Source: Octopus sinensis
Lineage: Eukaryota
Direction: 5' to 3'
NCBI RefSeq assembly: GCF_006345805.1
Contig: NC_043011.1
Location: forward strand, 65,918,464-65,982,463
DNA: 64,000 bases
Shown here: piece by piece, positions 27,039 to 44,231 of the stretch
How the letters are laid out: the number at the start of each line of letters is the position of its first letter
Numbering within the stretch: the first letter of the stretch is position 1
Position numbers and translations under genes: made by a program
The notes under the pieces: model-generated
The model's database searches: none
The model's input: the letters and a program-made list of their open reading frames with translations, nothing else
What the model was told of the DNA's origin: nothing

Positions 27039-29899
27039 ATGTGTGGGTGCGCGCACGCGTGTGCTCGCGTGTTCGCATCACAACAGGTGTTGGTGTAATT
27101 AAGTCCTGTTTATTTAGTGTTTCGGGAAAAGAGATCTTTAGAATAAGTAACAAGCATAACAATATATTGCTATCGAATGATTCGGTTGCAAATTATTGAA
27201 GGCGGTCTCCAAGCATGTTGGAGTCTGTTGACTGAAACAAGTAAAAGATATATCTGCATATGTGTGTGTGCGTGTCTGCATGTGTGTGTGTATGTGTGTG
27301 AGTGTGTGTGTGTGTGTGCGTGTGTGTATGTGCGTGTATAGAAGCACCTTGTGAATTTTAAGTTTGTTTAAATGAAGCCATTTTGCATTTTAGCTGAGTT
27401 AGCCTCGATTTTGAAATTTTGTAACAGTTTTGCATTTCAGAATACTTTACTACAGATGTTTTATAAGTCACACTTACAAAAATACTCTTAAATTACTAAT
27501 CTTTATCTTCCATCATTATCATGATTTTTCATATCGTCACTATTGCTTCCATTATTTACAAAAAGAAATACACATGGTAAATATAAAATTAGGTAGATAT
27601 TACATACAATAAGATCTAAGGAAGGACACTTTAGAAAGGCGATCAACACTGCATGAAAACACACAATTTGACGAAACACACCGAAATCAATTGTAATGCA
27701 AATAAAATAGATTACATATCACGACAATGGTTTCGACACATCTAGCATTGATTCCACTCGGGTGGGACACTCACCAACTGGTTCAGGAGGATTCTGATAC
27801 AGTTGTGGTGCAGATGTATCTAGTCGGATGATAAATAAATACAACTCGTTAAAATGACTGTTCCCCAATGTATCTTACCATTTTGTAGAGAGAAAAGCAG
27901 CCAGACGAAGGAAATATCTTCATTTCAAAGATGGCAAAAAGAGAAAAAAACACGCAACCTAGCGTGTGTGTGTGCATGTGTGTGTGTGTGAGTGTGTGTG
28001 TGTGCGTGTAAATGTGTGTGTGCGTTTGTGTGTGCATGTAAAATATATATGTGCATGGCTATTTCCCTTTTTTTCCAAACCCTTAAAGATTTATCAATTC
28101 TCAATGGATTGTCTGCACATATGTTGTTTTCCATATTGATAGCTAACATTGCATTCGTTTCTCCGAAAGTTTTACCATTAACAAGAGAGTTGCATTTAAA
28201 TCTATGAAGTACTTGGACATGAATTTAGTCACCGTTCTCATAAGCGGAAATGGAAACTGTTTTCTAGCATACTTGCCATCGCAACCCATCAGACCATCAT
28301 CGAAAGTGCAGGCGGGATGGATATAGTGTATTGAAAAAAAGAAATAATGAAAGCAATCACAGAAAGTACTTTCCTTTGTTTATAAAGAATTTAATAAATC
28401 TGAACAGAACAAATAGAAAGGGAGCTTAACAATTTTTAAACGCAAACTGTAGCGCTAGTACATCAAAGGGACGAAAAATATTTTCATTTTCATACGTCCT
28501 GCATCACGGAAGAACGCAGGGGAATGAATGTAGTGACTCTACGGCAGAGGTATAATCCCTGTAACTCAGGAATATGTGAGTAGGCACGTCAGGCGCCCAG
28601 TAAAGTGTTGTTCAAGGCAGAAATGATTGAGTAATGCATTCTTCGACAATATTACGATCGGAAAAATGTACGGGGAAAATAATGTTGTCTGCACTGACCT
28701 GCCGAAAATGAATTTTGTAATCTACTGCCACACCAATTACTAGTTGTATTCATTGTCTTGATCCAGATAAATTCAATTAAAATGTTATAATGGTCTCGAT
28801 GTCCGCCCTCAGGACATTGGTTTAAATTTATTTGCTAAGAATACGTAAGTTAATAAGCTTCTGACTTAGTACTTTCCAAACTACTAAGTATGATATTTGA
28901 CATCAGTGTGCCAAATTTTAGAAAAATGAAGTTTTGGAAAAATTTGAGTTTAAGACTTGTGTTAAATATAACCAAATCAATCGCATATGCAGGCAAATAT
29001 TAATAAAACACTCAGTTTTAAACGAATTTGGTTAACTATATCTAGCTATAAGACACTAGTAAATATAATTAGAATGCACATCCGAAGTAATTGCTCGTGT
29101 ATGATAAGTAGGTCCAAATATCCTTTAGAAACTCAAGAAATTCAGGGAATTGGACAACAAAAGTACATTCAGAGAGAATCACATCTTTAATTTTAGAATT
29201 CGTCTTACAAAGCCGACAGGTTTTCCTTTTGTATTTACAGGGACGCTGCTGGAGCTCGAAGGATTGACCGTTATGTAAACCTCCTCGAGGAAAATGAAGG
29301 TCCCACTTAATCACTTAAGGGATTTTTTAGCATATTGTATTGTGTTTTTTAATATTGTGTGTGAATGTTGGACACTCTTCGCTAATCTCTAGCTATTTCA
29401 TTTGCTATTACCTTTAATCGGGCATTTCTGTATACGGGTTTGAAATAATGTTGTACAGAAGCATTTGCACGTTTCCAGTAATCTCTTGTGTCAGTAGAAG
29501 TCCTTCTTATCTTCAATAATTGGGATTTCGGACTTGACTGAACTATATGATGGCTGAACGATATGATGAACTAGACATTTGCAGCAGCCATGGAGTTAAA
29601 TGTGGGATAACGTGGGCTTGCAAAAAAAAAGTCTGCCACTATTCTGCTTACAGAAGTCTTAAATTATGTGTCCAAAATTCAACACTACTTTTTGAAAAAT
29701 GAGACGTAACTTGTATGTTTGACTGAATGCCATATTGTTTAGCATAACACACACAGAAATTCAACAAGTCAATTAAACTATCCTATGATCGTTCTCAGAC
29801 AAAAAAAAAGACATCATCTATAAAAAAGACTATGAAGGGATTTGAATGTCCGTCATGAATAAATTAGCTAAATGAACTGCCATTTAAGCATCACGCCGT

Positions 29900-30410
29900 T
29901 CAAAGAGCAAAGACATAGAATAAGCAAATTGGAGAAGGAATAACCGAAATTATGAATTGCAAAATCCTGTGGGATTCAATGATCCAGTGAGATCACGTGA
30001 CCAGACACCGGGCACTGGTTAGAGTTGTGGGGATTAGAAAAGAAAAAACAACGTGTGATTTTCGACATAGCGTACCCCGTTGACAGCAAGATCAATGTGA
30101 AAGAAAGAAACTATGACGGATTGAAGTGGGAAATACGAATGTTGTGGTCATTGAAGAGAGTAGACGTAATACCAATAGTAATTGGTGCACGTGGAATTGT
30201 CAGCACTCAGCTGCTAGCATGACCGTAAACGATTGGTGCAAGTATGAAGTAAGAGCACCTACGAAAATCAACCTATCTTAGAACTGCAAAAATTGTTCTC
30301 AGGGTTCCTGAAGCAAAACCAATAAGCAAGTGTCACCTTAGACTTCTGCCTGTGGACAGCTGACACTTTGCATCATACCCAGCAATGTAGGCTGTGAGTT
30401 TCAATCACGA
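29900..30410 (+). mobile_element. R4/Dong-type LINE 3' fragment (REL domain), old
   Basis: ILWD...FDIAYP...IRMLWSLKRVDVIPIVIGARG; followed by (ATA)n. Confidence 0.8.
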
Positions 30411-30415
30411 TAATG

Positions 30416-30482
<67 letters not shown>

Positions 30483-30512
30483 TAATAATATTAATAATAA
30501 TAATAATAATAA

Positions 30513-33500
30513 TTCCAACAGATGGCCATCCATGCTCATCACCAAATAATCAAAAGAAAAAGAAGGAAAAATGGTCTAGGGAAGATAATAAAGAAGTTCT
30601 TGAGGCCTTCTACCATGCCATATATTTCCCCACAGATAAGTCTAGCACTGTACAAGCATACTTAAACTGGAGACGAAACACCCTGAAGTAAGACCCTACA
30701 TAGACAGTAACAAGCTTGCCAATGTTAGAAGAAACATTATAAAAAAGAAATTACTGACTGAAGTAGAGATTGATCAGGTTAGACAAGCAATATCGGATAA
30801 AATGAACGAAGCTGCAGCTAGAGAAGATAATACAGAGGAAATGATTATAGACCAGCCCAGGGCGGATAAACACGAAGAGAGGATTGAAAGAGTTAGTATA
30901 AGTGATAGGCAAAGTGAAATACGCCCTGAACCAATCATAAACACCAAGACAGATGAGCATCAAATAGATAAAGAAAGTCACACAAATATTGACCCAACAG
31001 AACTACATGAGCTAAAAAATCAAATCATGATTGAATGACTGAAAATTAAAGAAACCAGCATGGATGAGCGTGATACACTTCCTAAAATCCGCAACTCTAA
31101 CCAAAACATGAAAATAATTGGTAAAATCCGGCTTGCACTTAAGGATATAATTTCAGTTAATGATGTTGATATCACAAACCTCAACCACCTATACTATGCA
31201 TCCGCGAAAATCTCAACGATCCTATGTGGTGTAAAGATTAGAAAACGGCAACAGTCCCACAAAAAGCCTTCTTGGCAAGAGCGTCTGCAACAACAAATTA
31301 AAGTATTTAGATCTGACATTGAATATTTGAAAAATCTTAAGGCTCACAAGACTACCAAACCTACAAAAAGCCAAACATTACTGAAAAAATACAATATGAA
31401 AACTATACTTGATATTGATGCCACCATAGAAACCATCAAACAAAAGGTATCTGCCAAAGCTGCCCGCATAGCGAGGTATGAAAAGCGTGTTAGATTTTTC
31501 AAGGACAACAACATGTTCAAAAATAACACCAAGAATTTTTATAGGAAGATAGGAAAAACAGCGTTTACTGCAGGGTCTGTACCATCAAAAGAAGACGTGC
31601 AGAGATTTTGGAATAAAATCTGGGCAGAAGAAAAAACACACAACGAAAAGGCCCCCTGGATTGACAGAATATCTACAGAACTGGACCCCTTAGAAGAGCA
31701 AAAGTGGGAGGGTGTCAAGGTAGAAGATATAAGATCTGCTCTCAGGAGGTCAAGCAAATGGAAGTCTCCAGGAAAGGATAAAATTCCTAACTTCTGGCTG
31801 AATGCCTTCCCAGAGAGCCATGAACTGCTAACAGAACTGTACAATGATGTTTTGCAACACCCTAGTAGGATGCCTCCATGGTTAGTTAATGGGTTAACAT
31901 TCCTGCTTCCAAAAAGTGAAGAAACAAATGAACCAAAAAACTATAGACCCATAACCTGCTTAACAACTATGTACAAAACACTAACATCTGTCCTGACGGA
32001 ATATACCTATAGTTTTTTAACAGACAGCAGCATATTCCCTAATGAACAGAATGGATGTAACCGTGGATCCTACGGCTGTAAAGACCAACTACTCATCAAT
32101 AAGATGATCTTAGAAGATTGTCACAAACGACACAAAAACTTATCAATAGCCTGGATAGACTATAAAAAGGATTTTGATAGCCTACCACATAGCTGGATTA
32201 GGAAATGCCTTGAAATGTATAAGATAGCACCAACTCTACGAAACTTCTTGACTGTAAGTATGAGATCATGGAGAACCACACTAACTCTGAACAGTGACAG
32301 TGAATCCCTAAATGCTGGTGATGTAAAAATTTCGTGTGGCATTTTCCAGGGTGACTCACTGTCACCACTCCTCTTTTGTTTATCCTTAATACCTCTCTCA
32401 AAGCTGCTCAATGACGCGCAGTACGGGTATAAAATGTTTGATAAAAATATAAATCATCTCGTTTACATGGATGATTTAAAGCTTTTTGCAAAAAATGATC
32501 AACAACTCAAGGGCTTACTAGCGATAGTCAAACAATTCAGTGACGACATCAGAATGCAATTCGGCCTCGATAAATGTGCAAAGGCTACCTTTATCAAAGG
32601 AAAAATGACAGAAACATCTAACGTTAACCTTGACCAACAGAATGCCATAAAAGAACTAGACCCAGCGGAGAGCTACAAGTACCTAGGGGTAATTGAAGGG
32701 AACGGAATAAGGCATTCAGAGATGAAGGAAAGGATCAGGAGAGAATGCTATCGAAGAGTGAGAGCAATACTCAAGACAGAGCTGAATGCAAGAAACAGGA
32801 TCGAAGCAATCAATGCATTAGCTATACCAGTCGTGACTTACAGTTTCAATATTGTTAACTGGTCAATTACTGAAATATGTCAGCTCGACAGAAAAATACG
32901 GAAAATGTTGACAATGCATAGAATGCACCACCCTAAGGCAGATACAGAACGACTCTATCTGCCAAGAAAAGAGGGAGGCCGTGGTCTTTTGCAACTGGCA
33001 ATAACAATGAACATTGCTACAATTGGCCTAGACACCTACCTGAAAAACTCCGAGGACTGGATGTTAAAACTTGTCTCAAAACATGAAAACAAGAAAGCAT
33101 CATACTCAGTCACAAAACAGGCAAAGGAATATCTAAGTGAATTCCGAATACAACCAATTTCGGAATTAGAGATAGACATACAAGAAACAAGCACAGAAAA
33201 AGCTAGGCGCATGAAAACCCGTGCCAAAACTGCGGCCTTAGATATTCTGAATAATAAATGGCAAGAAAAACCTCTCTATGGCAAATACCCAAAGAGAGCG
33301 AATAATGCAGATATCGACAAAGCCCTGACCCATCAATGGCTAATGGCCTCTGGCTTAAAATCTGAAACAGAGGGGTTTATCATAGCAGCTCAAGATCAAT
33401 GCCTACCAACAAGAAACTACCAGGCCAACATATTAAAGATCAGAAGCAGTCCAACGTGTCGTGTATGCAAGCAACAAAGTGAAACCATTGACCATGTGGT

Positions 33501-34228
33501 CTCCAAGTGCAGTCTTCTAGCGCCTACAGAGTACCTCAACAGGCACGATAGAGCTGCACAATATATTCACTGGGTAATCTGTAAAAACCTGGATTTGCCC
33601 CATGAAAAAAACTGGTGGGAACACAAACCACCCCCAGTGCTTGAAAATGACAACATCTCACTCCTCTGGAACTTCACCATTCAAACTGACAGGAAGAGAG
33701 ATGCAAATAGGCCAGACATCATATTGAAAGACTTCAAACAAAGAACATGCCTCCTCATTGATATGACTGTCCCAATCGATATAAACGTATCTGTCAGGAC
33801 CTACCAAAAACTGAGCAAATATAAAGATCTTGAAATAGAAATCAGCAAAATGTGGAAGCTGAAGACAAAAACAATACCTGTTGTCATAGGTGCCCTGGGA
33901 ATGATAGCAAAAGGGGCTGATAGCTACCTAACTCAGATACCAGGAAACCCAAAAATGGCAGAAGTTCAAAAGATAGTGCTCATGGGAACTGCTCATATCC
34001 TACGCAAAATACTCTCTATGTAACCTCAAGGTTTAAAACAACCATAATTTTCGGTTTCAAAAAAAAAAAAAAAACTTTTTTTTTTTAGACATTCATTAGT
34101 ACAACATCCCCACCCCCCAAATATATGGCACACTAGGCATAACAACAACATGAACTTCCAACCCTGTTGTCTCTTGAGGTCTCTGGGTGAGACTTGGAGC
34201 CAACTTGTACAAATATAAAGCAAAAGTC
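30513..34228 (+). mobile_element. Near full-length R4/Dong-type non-LTR retrotransposon (RT + CCHC + REL endonuclease)
   Basis: 987-aa ORF 31060-34023 with NYRPITCL, GIFQGDSLSP, YMDD, C-x2-C...H...C, RHD, RPD, ID..VP, KLSKY; N-terminal KWSREDN domain upstream with one frameshift and one stop; flanked by (ATA)n. Confidence 0.95.
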
Positions 34229-34405
34229 AAACATAGAATAATAATAATAATAATGATGATAATAATAGTAATGATAATAATAATTATAATAATAATAATA
34301 ATGATAATAATAATAACATTAATAAAAATAATAATAATGATAATAATAATGATAATAATAATGATAATAATAATGATAATGATGATAATAATAATAATAA
34401 TAATG

Positions 34406-34441
<36 letters not shown>

Positions 34442-34499
34442 TTAATAATAATAATAATAATAATGATAATAATAATAATTTTTTTTTTTTTTTTTTAAA

Positions 34500-37289
34500 T
34501 TAGAAAAGACATGTCGATTCTTAATGAAATCAGCAAACAAGCAACGCTACTGAGCAACAAAAAGAGAACAAAAATGCACCGCAAATATAACATCACAGAA
34601 AAAGATTTGACGGAGATAAAAGAAAAGCTGAAGCAAGATATCCTTGCCAAAGCTCAAAGGATCCGCCGGTACGAGAAACGCCAACGCTTCTTTGAACAGA
34701 ACAAAATGTTCAACTCCGACCCCAAAAAGTTCTACCAAGAACTGGGCAAAAAGAAAATAGAAGTCACTGCAGCACCAACGGCAGAAGAATTGGAAGAATT
34801 CTGGAAAGAAATATGGTCGGCGAACGAACAGCCAAAAAAAAGGAGTATGAAAATAACAAACTCGGCATCTGAACAACTTTGGACCCCCATAACAACTGAA
34901 GAGGTTACCCAGGCACTGCAAAAACTAAGCAACTGGAAGGCACCTGGGCATGACAAGATCCCCAACTTCTGGTTGAAATATCTAACAGGAATGCACAAAA
35001 AGCTGGCTGAAAACTTTAACAGCATACTAGCAGAGCCAGAGACAATGCCTGAATGGCTCACGAAGGGGAAAACCATCTTAATTCCCAAATCAAATGAAAC
35101 AACAAAACCAGAAAACTACAGACCAATAACCTGCCTCCCTACTATGTTCAAGGCATTTACTGCAGTGATATCGCAAAGGCTGAACAAGCACCTGGACGAA
35201 AACAAACTGTTCCCAGAAGAGCAGAAAGGATGCCGCAAGGGCTCATATGGCTGTAAAGATCAACTAATGATTAATAAAGCCGTAACTGAAGACAGCCACA
35301 GAACGAAGAAAGGCCTCAGTATAGCCTGGATTGACTACAAAAAGGCGTTTGATAGCATCCCCCACACATGGATCCTCGACACACTAGCCATTAACAAAGT
35401 AGCACCAACAATCATAAAATTCATAGAGCACTCTATGAATAAATGGCAAACAGTCCTACACCTCCAAACAAAAGAGGGACTCATGAAAACCAAAGACATC
35501 CCCATTAGAAGAGGAATATTCCAGGGAGACACGCTCTCCCCACTCCTTTTCTGCTTGGCACTGTCACCTCTATCTGATATGCTAAATAGAACTGGATGCG
35601 GATATAAATGTTACGGCAAAACGATCAGCCACCTTTTATATATGGATGACCTAAAACTATACGCTGCAAATGACAAACAGCTGGAAACACTATTAAAGAC
35701 AGTTCATGGATTTACCAAAGAAATAGATATGAAATTTGGATTAGAAAAATGCGCCAAAGTAACCATGAAAAGAGGAAAACTAGTTAAGAGTAACAACATC
35801 ACACTAGATAAAACCAATGAAATAAAAGAATTAGACCCAAGCCAAACTTACAAATACTTAGGAATCCATGAACTAGATAAGACACAACACACACAAATGA
35901 AAGAGAAAATAAAAAAAAGAATATTATAGACGAGTTAGATCAATACTAAAAACAGAGTTCAATGCTAAAAACAAGATAATAGGTATCAACACTTTAGCTG
36001 TCCCAGTTATAAGTTACAGCTACTATATCCTTAACTGGACACGAAATGAACTGTCAAAAATAGATAGGAAAACAAGAAAAATACTGACAGGATCTAGGAT
36101 GCATCACCCAAAATCTGACATAGAAAGACTATATATACAACGTATAGAAGGTGGTAGAGGACTTATACAGCTGGAAAACTACTATAAAATAACCACCATA
36201 GGACAGCAAAAATACCTACTTCAGAAGGAAGGAACACTGATCCAGATAGCAGCAAACACGAGCAAAACAAAAAACTGTTCTCAGTATTTAAGGAAGCTGA
36301 CAAATACAAACAAGAAATCATACCACCTAATAAACACAAAGAAGAAGAAGAAGATGATGAAGAAACAACAAAAGCTATAAAACAAATGAAATCCAAACTA
36401 AAAATAGAACAGCAACGAACCATGATAAAACGATGGCAAGAAAAGCCCCTTCATGGTAAATACTGCACTAAACTAAACGCAAAAGAAATAGACAAAGAAA
36501 AATCCCAGCAATGGTTGAGAAGCGCAGGACTCAAAGCAGACACAGAGGGATTTTTAATTGCAGCACAAGACCAAAGCCTCCCCACCAGAAATTACCATAA
36601 AACATGTAATGAAAAGAAATATTACAAGTAACTGCAGAATATGTGGAGATGGACAAGAAACAATAAATCATATTATCTCTAGCTGCCCAGTCCTGGCTAA
36701 GAAGGAATATATTCACAGACATGACAGAGTTGGAACCTACATACATTGGAAGCTATGCCAACATTAGGGAATGACAACAGAAAAAAGATGGTATAGGCAC
36801 ACACCAGAAAAGGTCACAGAAAACGAGAAAGCAACCATACTCTGGGATATGCCGATACACACAGATAGAGAAATTAAGGCCAACAGACTAGATATAGTTG
36901 TCAGAGATCATGAAGAAAAAAAATGCTTTCTAATTGATGTATCAATAACGGCAGATGACAACGTGTCTCTAAAAGAAATGGAGAAACTCTCAAAATACAA
37001 AGACCTGGAAATAGAGATAACTAGAATGTGGAACCTGAAAACAGAAACAATTCCTATCATAGTAGGTGCATTAGGCATGATAAAAAAATATTCAGACAAA
37101 TACATAACAAAAACACCAGGACTTACAAACACATATAACATACATAAAATTGCACTACTAGGCACTGCACACATCCTACGCAGAACACTTTCCATACAAT
37201 AACCATCAGAGCATCACAACAAATCACAACACATACCCAAGGCACAGAGAGCTGCGCTCGGTAGTGAAGTGAAAGCACGCTATAAAAAT
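34500..37289 (+). mobile_element. Second R4/Dong family, 5'-truncated and frameshifted
   Basis: 472-aa RT ORF 34511-35929 and REL ORF 36771-37202; clearly diverged from the 30513 family; (ATA)n tail. Confidence 0.93.
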
Positions 37290-37296
37290 AAAACTA

Positions 37297-39748
<2,452 letters not shown>

Positions 39749-40167
39749 ATAATAATAATTATTATTATTATAATGATAATAATAAGGATAATAATAAGGA
39801 CAATAATAATGATAATAATAATAAAATTAATAATACGAAAAAGAAGAAGAAGTAGAAAAAGAATAAGAAGGAGAAGGAGAAGAAGAACAACAACAACAAC
39901 ATCAACAACAACAACTCCATGATCACCATTAATTAATGAACGCAAATCTATGTCTTAGCTGAAATATATCACCGTATATATAACTATGACATATCAAATA
40001 TATAGCTGAAACGTCAAATAATTCAGTTCGACTGGTAATAACTAAATAAGATGTAAACGAACTATCATTGCAGATGAAACATGTTTTGCACGATATTCGA
40101 TTATTCGAGAAATACGATGTGTAAGTGACTTGGACAACATCAGATTTTGTGTATCAGACCTAACGCA

Positions 40168-40207
40168 ATGACAATGCTTTCCCTGTATATTCTTTTTCTT
40201 CTTTTGT
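40168..40207 (+). CDS. G3 exon 1, signal peptide (MTMLSLYILFLLL)
   Basis: 40 nt, phase 1, gtaagt donor; S-L-[FY]-I shared with the other first exons. Confidence 0.82.
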
Positions 40208-41879
40208 GTAAGTAGTTCTATTACTTATTTCATTGCCATATTTAAAAAAGGGAATGAGTAAATGAGTCTGCGGTATTTATTTTCGATTTGTTTATTAGCC
40301 ACAAGGGGTCAATTATACGGGGAGACAAACAAGGACAGGCATGACACCACAGAAGGGACACCACAGAGAACGAATATGAAATATGATTATATAATAATGG
40401 GGTTAAGTATGGCTGCATGCGTCCCTCATCACATGCATCACCATTAATTTGTTTAACTGTCCTTTCTTATCATGGATTTACATAACAATTAATTATCGTT
40501 ACTTTCTTAACTGTATACTCAGTGATGACGCAGCATTCTTATTAACTAAATTATTTGCATATCTTCAGACGTCATCAAAATTATATAATTTTGTTTAGTT
40601 ATAATATATTTTTTTCTTTAATGTTCATTTTGTATGCGCTCACCCCACAATGGGAACCACTTTCTTGTATTTTTCTCTTGTTTTTGTACACCGTAGAAGC
40701 ATTTTCAGGATATAAATTGATATGTAAGGACTGTATATGTTTGCTCAGGTTATGTAGGATTATTATCTAGGAAAGACACACCTGCTTTATTCTTTATTCT
40801 TAGGCCCACGTCATCGTATAGAATGTTATCAACAAAATGTCTCCATAATGTCGGTGAGTTTCATTATATTGTACATAGCGATATGAATCCAGTATGTTTG
40901 GGATTAGCCATGGTACGATGGAATCTTGACTCGTGTGCAATGCTAACACATTAGTGGCAGCGATTTTGACGAAATTTGCTGTTGGCTAATTACATTTGAG
41001 CATGGACGGTGGATGTAGCCTGTAAGGGTGCAAGAATGGGACTTAAATAATATACATGAACACTGAAAGTAAACAACAGAGAAAACTAATAGGAACCTAA
41101 TCTGTGGAAGCCATCTTTAATATCCCTAATATCCTTTACCTATCTCTTGATATCTGATGAGAGAGACGCACTTAACACTCGCGAAAATTAAATGACGATG
41201 TGTCTATGCGTGCATATATATAAGGAGAAAATGGAGCATTGTAACTGATAGAATTGAATTTATTACCAAATCGTCAAAATACTAAGTTGCCTACAATTGT
41301 TTCCATACTCAACTCATTCAATTACAAATTAATAACTTCAGAACTTCATCTTGAAATAGTAAGTTATATATTTCCTCTGGGTGAGAATTAGACACGAAAA
41401 GAATCATAATATAAACGACCGGGGGATCATCAACATACTCACTATGACAATACTATCAGTGGTTGTGCGTGTTAATGTTTAAAAGAAAACAATTATATAT
41501 TTATGTCCTTTGTTCTTATTTATTCGTATGCGTGCGTGTGCTAAATTTATTTGCGCGTCTGCAAGTCAGACATTATCAGCTATGCTAGATACTCTAATGT
41601 AGTTGATACCCATTGTAATCTTTGAATTGATGAAATCTTCCAAATTTTAAAATGTATGCACCAATGCCTTAACTGTACGTGTGAAAATTTTTTAGCATAT
41701 GCGCACACATTTCAAGTGGTATACAAAAAATTGAGACAGGAATAAAATGAAATAAGAACTATGATGAACTATATAATCTAATATATATTAGATATAAATA
41801 GGTATTATGAAGTACTATTACAATAATATATTAAGATATGTGGAATAAAATATTAAAAAATTAATTATTAGATATAATT

Positions 41880-41898
41880 CAATAATAATAAAAATAAA

Positions 41899-41990
<92 letters not shown>
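41880..41990 (+). repeat. (AAT)n microsatellite
   Basis: Directly visible. Confidence 0.95.
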
Positions 41991-41991
<1 letters not shown>

Positions 41992-42312
41992 CCGGCTATG
42001 GAAAATGAAGAAGAACATTGTACCAATTATTGGCTCCTAGGGGACAGTATTAGACGTATCAAGAGGATTGTATATATATATACAGATTAGTTAGGTACTT
42101 AGTTTGAGGCACAATAATTTAGTAAGGCATTATCCATACAGTTTTAAAATAAGGTGAGTAAAGTAAAATCAACATAAGCAACAGGATATCCGGTGGTGAT
42201 GCAATACGCTCGTTTCAAGCGACTCCATTTAATTGAACAATGCAAACATTACATCAATTTCAATGCAGAGCAATCCTAAGCTCCAAAAATATTTTGATAT
42301 ATACACATACAT

Positions 42313-42352
<40 letters not shown>

Positions 42353-42609
42353 GCATACATACATACATGGATTCATGTCTCCAACAGATGCGGGACACCT
42401 CCCAGCTGCCGTATGTCTAAGCTAAATGCGAAATGTAGCACTCCCCATCAATTTTTTAAAGACAGTCCTAGTGATTCATCTCTCCTTAAAATGTATCAAA
42501 ACGTGAATTAAGTGTTTCAGGTACCTTTGAAGAAATTATTTTTGGAAATGAATAAGTTATTGTCAAATACATAAAAAAATAACAGATTTATTTTTCTTCC
42601 AAATTTTAG

Positions 42610-42709
42610 CAACAGCAGCAGCCGAACTCTCGTCATGCGAAGTAAATGCAGAATTGATGTGTCCCAGGGAGTATGCGAAATATAAATCAGCAAAGGCACC
42701 CGACTGCGA
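42610..42709 (+). CDS. G3 exon 2 (TAAAELSSCEVNAELMCPREYAKYKSAKAPDC)
   Basis: tttttcttccaaattttag acceptor, gtatgt donor, 100 nt phase 1 to 2. Confidence 0.88.
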
Positions 42710-43174
42710 GTATGTAATAAAAATAAACTCGTATCTTCCATAATAGCAATCTTTCCGATCTAAATTCACATTCCACCAGGATCGATCATGCCTTTCATCG
42801 TGAAATGATTGATTCCGTTGCCATAACTGTCTAGACCTGTTTTCGTATTTTGCAATATCTCTCATCCATAAGGCTTGCAGTTTTTCAGCTTTAATAACGC
42901 ACTTCTGTTTTGATATTCCATCGACAATTTACACAGCTGCAGCCATCTGAGAGTATTTAAAGGAAAAAGCCAATCATTCCACTAGAGTTGTCAACTTTCC
43001 AACACGACTGTCACGACGTCAATTTGATGATTGCGTAACGCATGAAAGATCACATGGATTTCGATATTGCAAAATTGCTCAATAATAATTATATGTCATG
43101 AAATATGGGGGAAATTTCGAAGAAACAAGTATAAAGACATGCTAAATTTCCATACTAATTTTCTTTTCCGCTAG

Positions 43175-43259
43175 GGGATATAATTTGTTTCTGGCATGCT
43201 TTGAATACGTGATCCAATATACCTGTTTTGATGATTTCAAAAAACACCACCCATGTAAC
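43175..43259 (+). CDS. G3 exon 3 (GYNLFLACFEYVIQYTCFDDFKKHHPCN)
   Basis: ttttcttttccgctag acceptor, gtaagt donor, 85 nt phase 2 to 0. Confidence 0.88.
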
Positions 43260-43452
43260 GTAAGTTACTTGTAATTATTCTAACTCTAGCGGCACGTGAT
43301 ATCATTCTTAAAACATGTTTTCAATTTTGGTGAATTAGAACTTATTTTCACCAGACAAAGCACTTATTCTGGCGAAACTGATATATGTGTCTATAATACC
43401 ACCTTCCTCTTTTTAAATTCCTAGAAATATCGCATAGCCTTGCCTTGTTATG

Positions 43453-43531
<79 letters not shown>

Positions 43532-43625
43532 CATAACAAGGGAGATAGGAATTGAATATTAATTAATAACTTCAATTTAAAACACCAAGCGTATAAAAAA
43601 ACTGGGATACAGTAAAAATTGTTAA

Positions 43626-44150
43626 TACAAATAATAAGAGAGAGTCCACCATGTGGTCACTATAACGCTAGAAATAGATCCGCAAAGGGACTCCGCCACT
43701 AAATAATTGTTCTCAAGAATTAATTCAACACGCCAAAAATGTAAGCGAGCAGGACAAATGAAAAATGACGACAGAACAGATTAACTCCATACAATTGTTT
43801 CATCGTTAATAGATTATGTAGTTTTACTTACATAAGTATTTTCGAATCATCAGTGAAGTATATCTTTGTTGGACTTCGTTAGATTTTGGAGTTCGGTTCA
43901 GCAAATTATATTTTCGATATACTTCACTGATGATTCGAAAATACTTATGTAAGTAAGACTACATAATCTATTAACGATGAAACAATTGTATGGAGTTAAT
44001 CTATTCTTTCGTCATTTTTCCTTTGTCCTGCTGGCTTACATTTTTGGCGTGTTGAATTAATTCTTGAGAACAATCTTTTAGTGGCGGATTCCCTTTGCGG
44101 ATCTATTTCTAGCGTTAGAGTGACCACATGGTGGACTCTCTCTTATTATT

Positions 44151-44154
<4 letters not shown>
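43626..44154. repeat. Fold-back inverted repeat (arms about 239 bp, spacer about 51 bp) between (TA)n tracts
   Basis: 43626-43864 is the near-exact reverse complement of 43916-44154. Confidence 0.92.

Positions 44155-44231
<77 letters not shown>

Noticed and set aside
27441-27576. Exon-like ORF with two CF motifs between G2 and G3 (also 28500-28844)
   Set aside because: Size and Cys spacing do not match the family; no matching exon 1 or 2 found
40697-40853. Ly6-like LICKDC and PRHRIECYQ exon candidates
   Set aside because: Lie inside G3 intron 1; no consistent phases or further Ly6 cysteines
43920-43965. CTGATGA..GAAA hammerhead-like core inside the fold-back
   Set aside because: No helix II and no A15.1-U16.1 pair; cannot form the ribozyme as written
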